From an uncultured Oscillospiraceae bacterium (lineage in GTDB: Bacteria > Bacillota > Clostridia > Oscillospirales > Oscillospiraceae): a DNA stretch of 64,000 bases. Shown in pieces: positions 25,816 through 34,989 of the stretch. The DNA lies in contig CALWYF010000001.1 of assembly GCA_944385705.1 (NCBI GenBank), positions 3,118 through 67,117 on the forward strand. The letters run 5' to 3'. The notes beneath the pieces were generated by a model. That model made no database searches, was not told where the DNA came from, and saw nothing but the letters and a program-made list of their open reading frames with translations. The position numbers and the translations under genes were made by a program. The first letter of the stretch is position 1; every line of letters begins with the position of its first letter.

Positions 25816-25969
25816 ACGGGTGTCTGTGCTGGTGACGGCGCAGACGCTGAAAAATTTGCAGCGCTTGGCCAATATGTCTGGCTACAATGAGCTGGGCCTG
25901 GTAATAGACAAGCTCACCAGAGAAAAAATGCTGTCGCTGAGAGAACCGGAAGTTAATAGAGTGTTTTGA
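25796..25969 (+). CDS. putative ribbon-helix-helix (CopG-like) protein
   Basis: MGKKNLRRVSVLVTAQTLKNLQRLANMSGYNELGLVIDKL has a beta-strand then two helices pattern. 57 aa, below the ORF-track cutoff. Confidence 0.45.
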   Translation: MGKKNLRRVSVLVTAQTLKNLQRLANMSGYNELGLVIDKLTREKMLSLREPEVNRVF

Positions 25970-26022
25970 TTTAATCCAAAGACGAAGGCCAGCTGGGCTA
26001 CGGTCGATTTCAGGAGGAGACC

Positions 26023-26775
26023 GTGGCCAAGACAAAGACAAAAAAGATAATCCATGCAGGCTCTCTCGTGGTAGAGTCAATCTATCCAAGAGTAAGCCGC
26101 TGTGACAGCCAAAAGGTCAGAGCAGCAAAGCGCAAAGCCAGCAGTGAGGCTCAACGGCGAATGAATCAAATCTACAGCTACCAGAAGCTGGAGCTGCTGC
26201 TGGCTGCCAACTTCCGGCCGGGGGACTTGGTAGTCACGCTCACCTGCGATGACGCTCATTTGCCAAAAAACCGCAAGGAAGCATCTGCCCAACTTAAATA
26301 CTTCCGGGCCAGCTTAACGGCTGCCCGGAAGAGGCGGGGCCAGGAGCTTGTCATGGTATGGTCCACAGAGCACCGGCACGGAGAGGGGCGGTGGCACCAT
26401 CACTGTGTGATCAATGCCACGGGTGACGACTACGACCTAATCCGTAAGCTCTGGATCTACGGCAGCGAGATTGAAATCAAGCCGCTGCGGGTAGACCGGG
26501 AGAAGAATTATGAGAGCCTGGCCAAGTATATGGCCAAGGAGGACCGGGAGAAGCTGGGGCTCCGCAGTTGGTCTTATACCCGGAATGCGAAGAAGCCGGA
26601 GGTGGAGACCTTCCGGGTAGAGGCTGAGACGCAGCTGCAAGCACCTAAAGGCTCAATGATCCTCGCTGAAGTCTCGGAGCGCACCGAGTATGCATCATAT
26701 AAAGTTATAAAGTATTTGGCACCAGGATGGGAAGCCAGGCGTGCAGTCAGGGCAAACCGCAGGCGGAAGCGGTGA
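26023..26775 (+). CDS. HUH-type rolling-circle replication initiator-like protein
   Basis: GTG start after GGAGGAGA. RWHHHCVIN (HUH-like) and SLAKYMAKE (Y-x-x-K catalytic-Tyr-like, as in phiX174-type initiators). Confidence 0.6.
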   Translation: MAKTKTKKIIHAGSLVVESIYPRVSRCDSQKVRAAKRKASSEAQRRMNQIYSYQKLELLLAANFRPGDLVVTLTCDDAHLPKNRKEASAQLKYFRASLTAARKRRGQELVMVWSTEHRHGEGRWHHHCVINATGDDYDLIRKLWIYGSEIEIKPLRVDREKNYESLAKYMAKEDREKLGLRSWSYTRNAKKPEVETFRVEAETQLQAPKGSMILAEVSERTEYASYKVIKYLAPGWEARRAVRANRRRKR

Positions 26776-26806
26776 GCTTTTTATAAATTTTTCTGACTCG
26801 AAAGAT

Positions 26807-27043
26807 ATGTTATTAAAGAGAGAAGGAGGCTTAAAAGCATTGCAATCCCAAGCAAATTGTGGTAGACTGTTGACAGTGGATAAGGGCTACCTCGTGTGTC
26901 CTTACTGCCGAAAAAATCGCAAGGTCAAGCGTATAACTCCTGACGAGCGTGGGGAGCGAGTGCTCCTATACTGCCGGGACTGTAAGCGTGAGTTCCGTGT
27001 GGATATCGAGCAGGGCCAGTGCTTTGAGAGCCGGAGCCGATGA
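26807..27043 (+). CDS. Cys-rich zinc-ribbon protein (KTR-like)
   Basis: CPYCRKNRKV...LYCRDCKREF double CxxC; ATG 26807. Confidence 0.5.
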   Translation: MLLKREGGLKALQSQANCGRLLTVDKGYLVCPYCRKNRKVKRITPDERGERVLLYCRDCKREFRVDIEQGQCFESRSR

Positions 27044-27119
27044 CATGATGCAGATATGCATTGTGACGTCGGCTCCGGCTCTTTTTGCCGTCTGCCCGAC
27101 TCCATGGAGGTGATAGCCC

Positions 27120-27434
27120 ATGGCGGGCAGATGTGATGGCTTTGATTACAGCCGGAGAAATAAGCGATGGCGACAGCTGCGAGAGCGTGCTCTGAGCCGG
27201 GATGGATACCTCTGCCAGGAGTCCAAGCGCTACGGAAAGCGTGTAGATGCCGAGGTGGTGCATCACATATGGCCTGCAGAGCAGTGGCCGGAGTATGCCT
27301 ACTGTCTGTGGAATCTTGTGAGCCTATCGGGCGCAGCCCATGATGCCATGCACGACAGAGTGACGGGGAAGCTCACCGCAAAAGGTGAGAGCTGGAGGCG
27401 CAGGACGATCCCCCCACCCCCCTGGGGACCTTGA
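27120..27434 (+). CDS. HNH endonuclease (packaging-associated)
   Basis: CQESKRYGKRVDAEVVHHIWPAEQWPE...NLVSLSGAAHDAMH HNH pattern; sits upstream of the terminase genes, as in HK97-like cos phages. Confidence 0.8.
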   Translation: MAGRCDGFDYSRRNKRWRQLRERALSRDGYLCQESKRYGKRVDAEVVHHIWPAEQWPEYAYCLWNLVSLSGAAHDAMHDRVTGKLTAKGESWRRRTIPPPPWGP

Positions 27435-27584
27435 CTGCGGCCTTTTGCAACTGCCGCCACCCCCTCGAGCACACACGGGGAATTTTTTCGGGGGAGGAAA
27501 TCAGGCGGAAATGTGAATCGCACGCACGGTGCGGGCGTACCGCACGCCCATGGACACGGAGACGTATAGCGGACAGGAGGCTGA

Positions 27585-29099
27585 ATGGAGATAACCGTCC
27601 GGGCTCTCAATGAGCTCAGGCCTTACGAGCACAATCCGAAGACCCATCCTAAGAGCCAGGTGGACAATATCGCCAGAAGTATACAAGATTTTGGCTTCCG
27701 CCAGCCCTTGGTCATAGACGGGGACGGCAACATAGTCTGCGGCCACGGCCGCTATCTGGCGGCAGCGCAGCTGGGCATGACGGAGCTGCCTTGCGTGATG
27801 GCCGACGACCTTACACCGGCGCAGATCCGGGCTTATCGAATCCTGGACAACAAGATTGCAGAGAGCCCTTGGAGCTATGAGACCCTGGAGCTTGAGCTCC
27901 CGCAGATAGACCTCTCTGGGTATGACCTGCGGTGGCATGCGAATCTGGAGCTGCCTCAGACTCTGGAGGAAGCCTCGGTGCCTGAGAGCGCACCGGGCAG
28001 GTGCAGCCCTGGGGATATTTTCGCCCTGGGACAGCATCGCCTTATGTGCGGAGACTCTACAAGGCCGGAGGATGTCCAACGGCTTATGGGCGAGGAAAGA
28101 GCAGAACTGCTGCTCACGGACCCACCCTATAATGCAGACTACGAGGGAGTGGCCGGCAAGCTGCTCAATGACTCAATGCCCAGCGAGAGATTTGCGGCTT
28201 TCCTGGAAGCAGCCTTTTCAAACGCAAAAACCGTGATGCAGCCGGGTGCAGCCTTTTTTATCTGGTACTCGTCTATGGCTGCCTATGAATTTCATGGAGC
28301 CTGCCGTAAGGCCGGGCTTAAAGCCCACCAGGTGCTGGTGTGGGTCAAGCAGTCCATGATCCTCTCCCGGCAGGATTTTAACTGGCAGCATGAGCTTTGT
28401 CTTTACGGCAACGCCGATAAAGACCCGGACTGCCTCGGAGGAGAGGACCACTGCCTCTACGGCTGGAAGGAGGGCGCAGCGCATACATGGTGCAAAAATG
28501 ACAAGCAGTCCACCGTGCTCCGATTTGACCGCCCGGTCAAAAGTACGCTGCACCCTACTATGAAGCCTTTGGACATGATCGGGTATCAAATATCCTGCGT
28601 CACCCATCCGGGACAGCTTGTCCTTGACCTGTTCGGCGGCAGCGGCACCACGCTCATGGCCTGCGAAAAGCTGGGCAGATGTTGCCGGATGATGGAGCTG
28701 AGCCCTAGATTTTGCGACGTGATTATAAAACGCTGGGAGGAGATGACCGGAGACCAGGCAACCAGGATTGAGTATGTGCATTGGCCTGATTTCCCGGACT
28801 TTCTGCCGGAGCAGCTCAAGGGCCGCTATCAGAGCCTGGCTCCGGTGCTGGCGGAAATGGGCACACTGCGAAGTGTGGATGCCGATGCTCTGGGCCGGTA
28901 CCTCCTCCTGAGCTGGGAATACAGTGCGACCATCCAGCAAGTGGTGAATGCTATCCAGAATGGGGACGCAGCGGAGAGCGAGCGCTGGATAGCAATACAG
29001 GACCGGCTGCATGGACAGATCATCCAGCTGGCCGAGCAATTCGGACTTACCCCGGAGTCCAGACAGAAGCGTGGGCTGATATTACCGAAGGACAGGTGA
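27585..29099 (+). CDS. ParB-like nuclease domain + DNA methyltransferase (DPPY) + C-terminal P27-type terminase-small-subunit-like domain
   Basis: N-terminus LRPYEHNPKTHP...GHGRYLAAAQLG. MTase motif IV LLLTDPPYN and motif I FGGSGTTLMACEKLGR. C-terminal ~110 aa ends in AEQFGLTPESRQKRGL, typical of P27 TerS. Confidence 0.8.
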   Translation: MEITVRALNELRPYEHNPKTHPKSQVDNIARSIQDFGFRQPLVIDGDGNIVCGHGRYLAAAQLGMTELPCVMADDLTPAQIRAYRILDNKIAESPWSYETLELELPQIDLSGYDLRWHANLELPQTLEEASVPESAPGRCSPGDIFALGQHRLMCGDSTRPEDVQRLMGEERAELLLTDPPYNADYEGVAGKLLNDSMPSERFAAFLEAAFSNAKTVMQPGAAFFIWYSSMAAYEFHGACRKAGLKAHQVLVWVKQSMILSRQDFNWQHELCLYGNADKDPDCLGGEDHCLYGWKEGAAHTWCKNDKQSTVLRFDRPVKSTLHPTMKPLDMIGYQISCVTHPGQLVLDLFGGSGTTLMACEKLGRCCRMMELSPRFCDVIIKRWEEMTGDQATRIEYVHWPDFPDFLPEQLKGRYQSLAPVLAEMGTLRSVDADALGRYLLLSWEYSATIQQVVNAIQNGDAAESERWIAIQDRLHGQIIQLAEQFGLTPESRQKRGLILPKDR

Positions 29100-29106
29100 G
29101 AAGTGC

Positions 29107-29457
29107 ATGGGGAAGGAAGCTGAATATTTAGCCCAGCTGCAAAGCCTGGGGATATATGAGGAGGCTTTCCGGCCTACCGTGCACCAGCTGTGTATCCAGG
29201 AGCGGGAGCTGAGCCGGGTGATGAAAGCCTGGAAGGCGACAGCTCCGCCCGGCAAAAGTCCCTCAGTCCTGGATCCACATTATGATGTCATTACCAAGCT
29301 TAGAAAAGATATCCTGGTAATCCGTGAATCCCTGGGCCTCACGCCCAAGGGGCTGCAGCGGATCCGGGGAAAGCAGACCGGCACGCCGGAGAGCGAGAAG
29401 TCGGCTATCTCCCGGAAGCTGGATGCCATTGCCGAAAAGGTGTCGGCCTATGAGTAG
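29107..29457 (+). CDS. terminase small subunit, P27-like
   Basis: 116 aa; RESLGLTPKGLQRIRGK motif; directly precedes TerL. Confidence 0.7.
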   Translation: MGKEAEYLAQLQSLGIYEEAFRPTVHQLCIQERELSRVMKAWKATAPPGKSPSVLDPHYDVITKLRKDILVIRESLGLTPKGLQRIRGKQTGTPESEKSAISRKLDAIAEKVSAYE

Positions 29458-31246
29458 AGCTCCGCACTTTGACCAAGTCTTAGATTACGCTCGTGCCACG
29501 GCTGCCGATGAGAGTCTGTGTGAGCTTACTCGCCTCAGCTGCAGCCGCTTTTTAGATGACCTGGAGAGCGGCCGCTGGGACTTTAACCCGGCTCTTCCAG
29601 AATTCTGCATCGAGATGATGGAGGGCCTTTTCTGCTACTCCAGCGGTGAGCTGCTGGACGGTACTCCCCTGAGAGGGAAGCCTCTGAAGCTTATGCCCTG
29701 GCACCTGTTCTGCACTTACGCCATATGCGGGTTTATGCTGCCGGGCACTCAGATGCGCCGCTTCACGGAGGCCGGTATATTCTGCCCCCGAAAAACCGTA
29801 AAAACAACATGGGCGGAGGGCTTGCAGACGGCACTGGCCCTCTGGTACAGGCGCTCCGGTGTCAAGGCCAAGACCGTGGCCGGAAGCCTTAAGCAGGGCC
29901 TTGAGGGCTTCGACTGGCTGGTATACAACTTCAGTCTTCTGGGCTTGGTGGATGCCAATAACAGCCCCGGCAAAATGAAGCTGCTGAACAGCAGCTTGGG
30001 ACACTCCATCGAGGGCGAGATCTGGGGCGGATTTATCGACCTAGAAACTTTGGCATTTAAGCCGGATCTCTTCGACGCCTTTAATGCACAGCTTGTCCAC
30101 CTGGACGAGCTGGAGCTGTATAAGGATGCCCGACCTTACACCAGGCTGCGTGATGCTACCAAGGCATATACAAACAAGCTGATTCTCTGCACATTCACGG
30201 CCGGGGACGACGGTACCGGCTTCGGAGCCGCCCACCACGATTACATGGAGAAGATCCTCCGAGGGACCATTACCGGCCCGGACGCTGACCGGATGTTTTG
30301 CTATATGGCTGAAGCTCCAAAACAGCCGGACGGTGAAGTGGATTATTTGAATCCCAGCATCCACCGTGCGGCGAATCCGGCCTATGGCATTACTATCCGG
30401 CCGGACGATATGTTGGCGGCGGCTATGCAGGCCAAGAACAACCCGATAACACGCAAGGAGTTTTTAACAAGGTCGCTCAATGTTTTTGTGAGCTCTTTCA
30501 AAGCCTGGTTTGACCTGGATGAGATCCGCCGCTCTGATGAGCGGTACAACTGGAACCAGTCGGAGCTGGCCAAGCTTGTGAAATACTGGTACGGCGGCGC
30601 AGACTTGTCCAGGCTGCACGATTTGACCGCCGCCTGCTTAGTGGGAGAGATCCCGGCCCAGCTTGCAATGTGTCCAAATTGGACACCGCCTGAGGATGTG
30701 CTGGTGATCCTGCCGCACTGCTGGTTTCCCATTGTGGCAGCAGCTCAAAAGGCTGATGAGGACCAGATACCCCTTTTTGGCTGGCGGGATGACGGATGGC
30801 TGGATATGCCAAACGAGCCGTCCATGGATCCTACGGAGCCGGTGAAGCAATTCAAAAAGTGGAAAGCTGAGGGATTTAATATTCGCAAGGTGGGGCATGA
30901 CCGAAAATTTGCCACCAGGTACTACACGGCCATGAAAAGAGCGGGCTTTGCAGTTGTGGACCAGCCGCAGCTGTATATGCAGAAGAGCGGCGGCCTGCGA
31001 TACATAGAGCACAAGGCGAAAATTGGCTGCCTGTATTACTGCCACGCAGAGCCATTTGAATACTGCATATCCAATGTGCGTGGGCAGGAAAAGGCGGACG
31101 ATGCCGTCCAATATGAAAAAATATCGCCGACCCTGCGAATCGACGTTTTTGACGCCGCTGTCTTTGGCGTCGTTAGGATGCTGTTGGACTCTGAGAGCGT
31201 CAGTAATCAGCAGCGGTGGTTTGGCACCGGAAATGAGGAGAAGTGA
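29450..31246 (+). CDS. terminase large subunit
   Basis: Start ATG 29450 overlaps the TerS stop. 598 aa, HK97-type TerL-like layout, followed by portal. Confidence 0.85.
   Translation: MSRAPHFDQVLDYARATAADESLCELTRLSCSRFLDDLESGRWDFNPALPEFCIEMMEGLFCYSSGELLDGTPLRGKPLKLMPWHLFCTYAICGFMLPGTQMRRFTEAGIFCPRKTVKTTWAEGLQTALALWYRRSGVKAKTVAGSLKQGLEGFDWLVYNFSLLGLVDANNSPGKMKLLNSSLGHSIEGEIWGGFIDLETLAFKPDLFDAFNAQLVHLDELELYKDARPYTRLRDATKAYTNKLILCTFTAGDDGTGFGAAHHDYMEKILRGTITGPDADRMFCYMAEAPKQPDGEVDYLNPSIHRAANPAYGITIRPDDMLAAAMQAKNNPITRKEFLTRSLNVFVSSFKAWFDLDEIRRSDERYNWNQSELAKLVKYWYGGADLSRLHDLTAACLVGEIPAQLAMCPNWTPPEDVLVILPHCWFPIVAAAQKADEDQIPLFGWRDDGWLDMPNEPSMDPTEPVKQFKKWKAEGFNIRKVGHDRKFATRYYTAMKRAGFAVVDQPQLYMQKSGGLRYIEHKAKIGCLYYCHAEPFEYCISNVRGQEKADDAVQYEKISPTLRIDVFDAAVFGVVRMLLDSESVSNQQRWFGTGNEEK
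30670..30686. repeat. 17-bp palindrome copy 5 (GTGTCCAAATTGGACAC)
   Basis: Perfect copy inside TerL, in a different reading frame (encodes CPNWTP). Confidence 0.9.
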
Positions 31247-32391
31247 TGAGTATATGGCCAAGGAATAAAACAAAGAGCGTGCTTGCGTACTGGTTGACGG
31301 ACTGCCCGCCCATAGGGTATCACCGGCTTATTGATTCTCCGGAGGTTGGAGCCTGCGTCGATACGATTTCCGGCATCATTTCATCTGCAACAATTTATTT
31401 GATGCGGAATACACCAAAAGGTGATGTGCGGCAACAGACCCGACTGAGCCGATTTGTGGACATAGATCCCTGGCCAAGTCTGGGCACAAGGGCCAGCTGG
31501 ATGAGCTGGATCGTATCTACGATGCTCACCGATGGCGACGGCAATGCCTATGTGCTGCCACACTTTATGGCTGGAGAATTCTCCGGACTGGAGCCGATGC
31601 CGGGAGCCGCCGCCGTGCCTGACCCGGTGACAGGCTATAAAGTCCACTGGAAAGGCCGCAACTATGAGCCGGACGATATTTTGCACTTCAGAATCAATGC
31701 CGATCTTGACAATCCCTGGAAGGGTCGGGGCCTGAGGGTGAGAGCTGAGCGTGTGGCTGAGAGCCTGGCTCAGACAGAGGCCCTGAAAGCATCCCTCAGC
31801 TCCCCAAAGTATAAGCCACCGCTGGTGGTGATGGTCAACAGCGATGGTGATCTGTCAGACCCGGAAAAAAGGGAGGAATTCAGAAAGCAGTATCTGGAAG
31901 ACACGGACAGCGGAAAGCCCTGGATTCTGCCAGCAGAGCTGATGAAGGTAGTCCAGGTCAAGCCTCTCACCCTCACAGACTTGGCTGTGCGGGACACGGT
32001 AGAGCTTGATAAAAAGTCCATAGCCTCAATATTCGGGATTCCCCTTTTCTTGCTGGGGCTGGGGGCTTTTAACGAGTCGGAGTATAACAACTTCATCCGC
32101 CGGAAAATTATACCTATCTGCGTGGGTATAGAGCAGGAGCTGACGCTGAAGCTGCTCAGCTCGGAAAAGATGTATTTCAAGTTCAACCGGAAACATCTCT
32201 ATGCGTATGACATGACCAAGCTTGTGCAGATGGATCTCACCATGTCCGATCGTGGGATTGTCAATGGCGATGAGGTGAGAGCTGATGCATTTATGGATCC
32301 AGCCGGGCTGACCGAGTTCCGCCCCTTGGAAAACTACATCCCGTATGATATGGCTGCAGCCCAGAGCAAGCTGCAGCAGGACGGCAGCTGA
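31246..32391 (+). CDS. portal protein (HK97 family)
   Basis: 381 aa; position and size between TerL and the prohead protease. Confidence 0.85.
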   Translation: MSIWPRNKTKSVLAYWLTDCPPIGYHRLIDSPEVGACVDTISGIISSATIYLMRNTPKGDVRQQTRLSRFVDIDPWPSLGTRASWMSWIVSTMLTDGDGNAYVLPHFMAGEFSGLEPMPGAAAVPDPVTGYKVHWKGRNYEPDDILHFRINADLDNPWKGRGLRVRAERVAESLAQTEALKASLSSPKYKPPLVVMVNSDGDLSDPEKREEFRKQYLEDTDSGKPWILPAELMKVVQVKPLTLTDLAVRDTVELDKKSIASIFGIPLFLLGLGAFNESEYNNFIRRKIIPICVGIEQELTLKLLSSEKMYFKFNRKHLYAYDMTKLVQMDLTMSDRGIVNGDEVRADAFMDPAGLTEFRPLENYIPYDMAAAQSKLQQDGS

Positions 32392-32403
32392 TAGGAGGAC
32401 AAT

Positions 32404-32994
32404 ATGCCTGAATTTATAACGAGATCTCGGCGCACGGAATTCCAGACCCGTGCTGAGGGCGACAACATGATAATCCAGGGCTACTTTATCGTGTACAATG
32501 AGCCCTATTTTATCGACGATTATATGGAGGAGGTGGTCCTCCCCGGCGCTCTGGACGGCTGCGATATGTCCGATGTACGTGCGCTGATTGACCATGTACC
32601 CCACCTGGTGCTGGGGCGCAATACTGCAGGTACCCTCGCTTTGAGGCCTGATGATAAAGGACTTTACTCAGAAATCACCATCAATGGCAAGGATTCTGAC
32701 GCCGTAAACCACTATGCCCGCATCCAGCGGGGCGACGTCGACCAGGCCAGCTTTGGCTTCGACGAAGGTGAAGTCCGATATATCGATCTCCCGGATGGAC
32801 GCATCCGTAGGGAGATTGCAAAAATCTCAAAGCTTTGGGAGATATCCACCTGCACTTTCCCGGCTTATGAATCCACCTATGTGGAGGCAAGAAGCAGGGA
32901 CACTGCCCGCATCCAGAAGGAAGCGGCGGAGCACAGAAAAGAAATGCTGAAAAGGAGACTTAGAAATCATGCTAAAAAAAATCGCACTCACTAA
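32404..32994 (+). CDS. prohead maturation protease (HK97 family)
   Basis: 196 aa; VRALIDHVPHLVLGRN and QASFGF segments resemble HK97-type prohead proteases. Confidence 0.85.
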   Translation: MPEFITRSRRTEFQTRAEGDNMIIQGYFIVYNEPYFIDDYMEEVVLPGALDGCDMSDVRALIDHVPHLVLGRNTAGTLALRPDDKGLYSEITINGKDSDAVNHYARIQRGDVDQASFGFDEGEVRYIDLPDGRIRREIAKISKLWEISTCTFPAYESTYVEARSRDTARIQKEAAEHRKEMLKRRLRNHAKKNRTH

Positions 32995-34669
32995 ACGCCG
33001 TGCAACGGCCATGGCAGCTCTCAGGGAGCTGCGGGCGAAGCGCACCCAGCTCAGAGCCGATGAGGCTGAGCTGCAGAAGCAGATAGACGCATCTGACGAT
33101 GTGTCTGAGGAACTGCTGGCCAAGGTAGACCAGTTGGAGAAGGACAGAGACGAGACTGGGGAGGCCATAGACAAGCTGGAGAAGGAAATCGAAGAAATTG
33201 ATGCCAAGCTGGCGGAGCTGGACGACGATACTGACCCTAATGATCCGGAAGGCACCGGCGCTACCGGCAGCCGCAGCAGCGGAGGCCCCAGCAATCGCCG
33301 GGCGATAACCACTCCCACCAGCAATCCCAATTACCGGAGCCGCAGCCGCTGCTTCCGCAGCCGCAGCGACTGCGAGGCCTTTTATCAGCGCAGCGAAGTG
33401 AAAGACTGGCTGGGACACATCAGGACTCTCGGAGGCAGCGGGAAGCGCAGTGTGACTGGCGCTGAGCTTACCATTCCCACTATAGTTCTGGATGTTGTCA
33501 GAGACAATCTGGAAGAGGGCTCCAAGCTCATCAGCCGCGTGCGGCTCAGACGCGAACGGGGACAGGCAAGGCAGACTGTCATCGGTAAAGTCCCGGATGG
33601 CGTCTGGACTGAGATGTGCGCCAATCTCAATGAACTCAACTTTGTCTTTACAGAGTTGGAAGTGGACGGATACAAAGTTGGCGGATACATCCCCATTTGT
33701 AATGCTACTCTTAAGGACAGCGATCTGAACCTGGGCGAAGAAATCATGGGCATGCTGCTGGGTGCCATAGGCTCTGCTCTGGATAAGGCTATAGTATATG
33801 GCCTTGGTCCTGACAGCAAGATGCCTGTTGGTATTGTGACCCGCCTGAACCAGGCCTCTCAGCCCGGCTATTGGGGGGCAAATCAGGGAGCCTGGACCGA
33901 TTTGAGGACAAGCAATATCCTTAAGCTGGATATCGGAGCTAAGGCAGGTATCGAGTTTTTCCAGCCTTTGCTGGGAGCTATGGCAAAGGCAAAGCCCAAC
34001 TATTCTGCGTCTGGCCGGACTACATGGATAATGAATCGGAAGACCCATCTGGATCTTATGGCCAGAGGCCTTGCGTTTAATTCCGCTGGCACACTGGTGG
34101 CCGGTCTGGGAAATCAGATGCCCGTGGAAAATGGAGACATTATAGAGCTGGAGTTCATGCCTGACAATGAGCTTGTCGGCGGTTTCATGGATGTTTTCCT
34201 GCTTGTAGAGCGTGAGGGCGGAACTGTTAGTATCAGCGACCAGGTCTTCTTCCTGCAGGACAAGACTGTGTATAAGGCTGTGGCCCGCTACGACGGTCAA
34301 CCCATATTTGGAGAAGCCTTTGTGGCCATAAACTACAACAACGCAGAGGTGACCAAGACAATGAGCTTTACTCCTGACTATGCAAACCAGGATATGAACG
34401 TCCTGATTTGTATTGCTGCCGAAGGAGCCTCTGGCAAGACCAGGGTGACCGTATCGGGCACTGTAAGTGGAAGCAACAAACTGATGTACAAGGTCAAAGC
34501 CACCAATGACGGTCTTAAGGTTGGGGCAAAACCTGTAGGATATACTCAGTTTACCTCCGGCAGCACTGAAATCGTAGCCGCCACTGGCACTCCGATAGCG
34601 GTTGTCGAGGTAGACACCGCTGGACGTATTGTATCCACCGGCAGCGTTTTGTCTGTGGCTGGCGCATGA
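32969..34669 (+). CDS. major capsid protein (HK97 fold) with coiled-coil delta domain and C-terminal extension
   Basis: 566 aa; N-terminal coiled coil, then a capsid core region; follows the protease. The antisense 570-aa ORF is a shadow. Confidence 0.85.
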   Translation: MLKKIALTKRRATAMAALRELRAKRTQLRADEAELQKQIDASDDVSEELLAKVDQLEKDRDETGEAIDKLEKEIEEIDAKLAELDDDTDPNDPEGTGATGSRSSGGPSNRRAITTPTSNPNYRSRSRCFRSRSDCEAFYQRSEVKDWLGHIRTLGGSGKRSVTGAELTIPTIVLDVVRDNLEEGSKLISRVRLRRERGQARQTVIGKVPDGVWTEMCANLNELNFVFTELEVDGYKVGGYIPICNATLKDSDLNLGEEIMGMLLGAIGSALDKAIVYGLGPDSKMPVGIVTRLNQASQPGYWGANQGAWTDLRTSNILKLDIGAKAGIEFFQPLLGAMAKAKPNYSASGRTTWIMNRKTHLDLMARGLAFNSAGTLVAGLGNQMPVENGDIIELEFMPDNELVGGFMDVFLLVEREGGTVSISDQVFFLQDKTVYKAVARYDGQPIFGEAFVAINYNNAEVTKTMSFTPDYANQDMNVLICIAAEGASGKTRVTVSGTVSGSNKLMYKVKATNDGLKVGAKPVGYTQFTSGSTEIVAATGTPIAVVEVDTAGRIVSTGSVLSVAGA

Positions 34670-34695
34670 TCCCGAAGAAAGCATGAGGTGATTTT

Positions 34696-34989
34696 ATGGT
34701 CACGGCCGCCTTGGCCCTACTTAAGACAGATCTTGGCTACACTGACGACAGCATCACTCCAGAGCAAGAGCAGTATCTTATACATAAGCTGGAGGCGGCC
34801 CGTGCCAACATCAGAAAAAGCGGTGTTGATCTTAATGAGGCAGATTACGCGCACCTGGACCTGCTTGTCTCATATGCTGCATATCTCTACCGGCGCAGGG
34901 ACAGCAATGACCCTATGCCCAAGTCCCTGCGCTGGGCACTGAATAATGCAATTACAGAAAGCGTGAGCGCACAGGAGGCTTCAGAATGA
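34696..34989 (+). CDS. head-tail connector (gp6-like)
   Basis: 97 aa; LALLKTDLGYTDDSITPEQEQYLIHKLEAARANI pattern; RBS GAGGTG. Confidence 0.7.
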   Translation: MVTAALALLKTDLGYTDDSITPEQEQYLIHKLEAARANIRKSGVDLNEADYAHLDLLVSYAAYLYRRRDSNDPMPKSLRWALNNAITESVSAQEASE

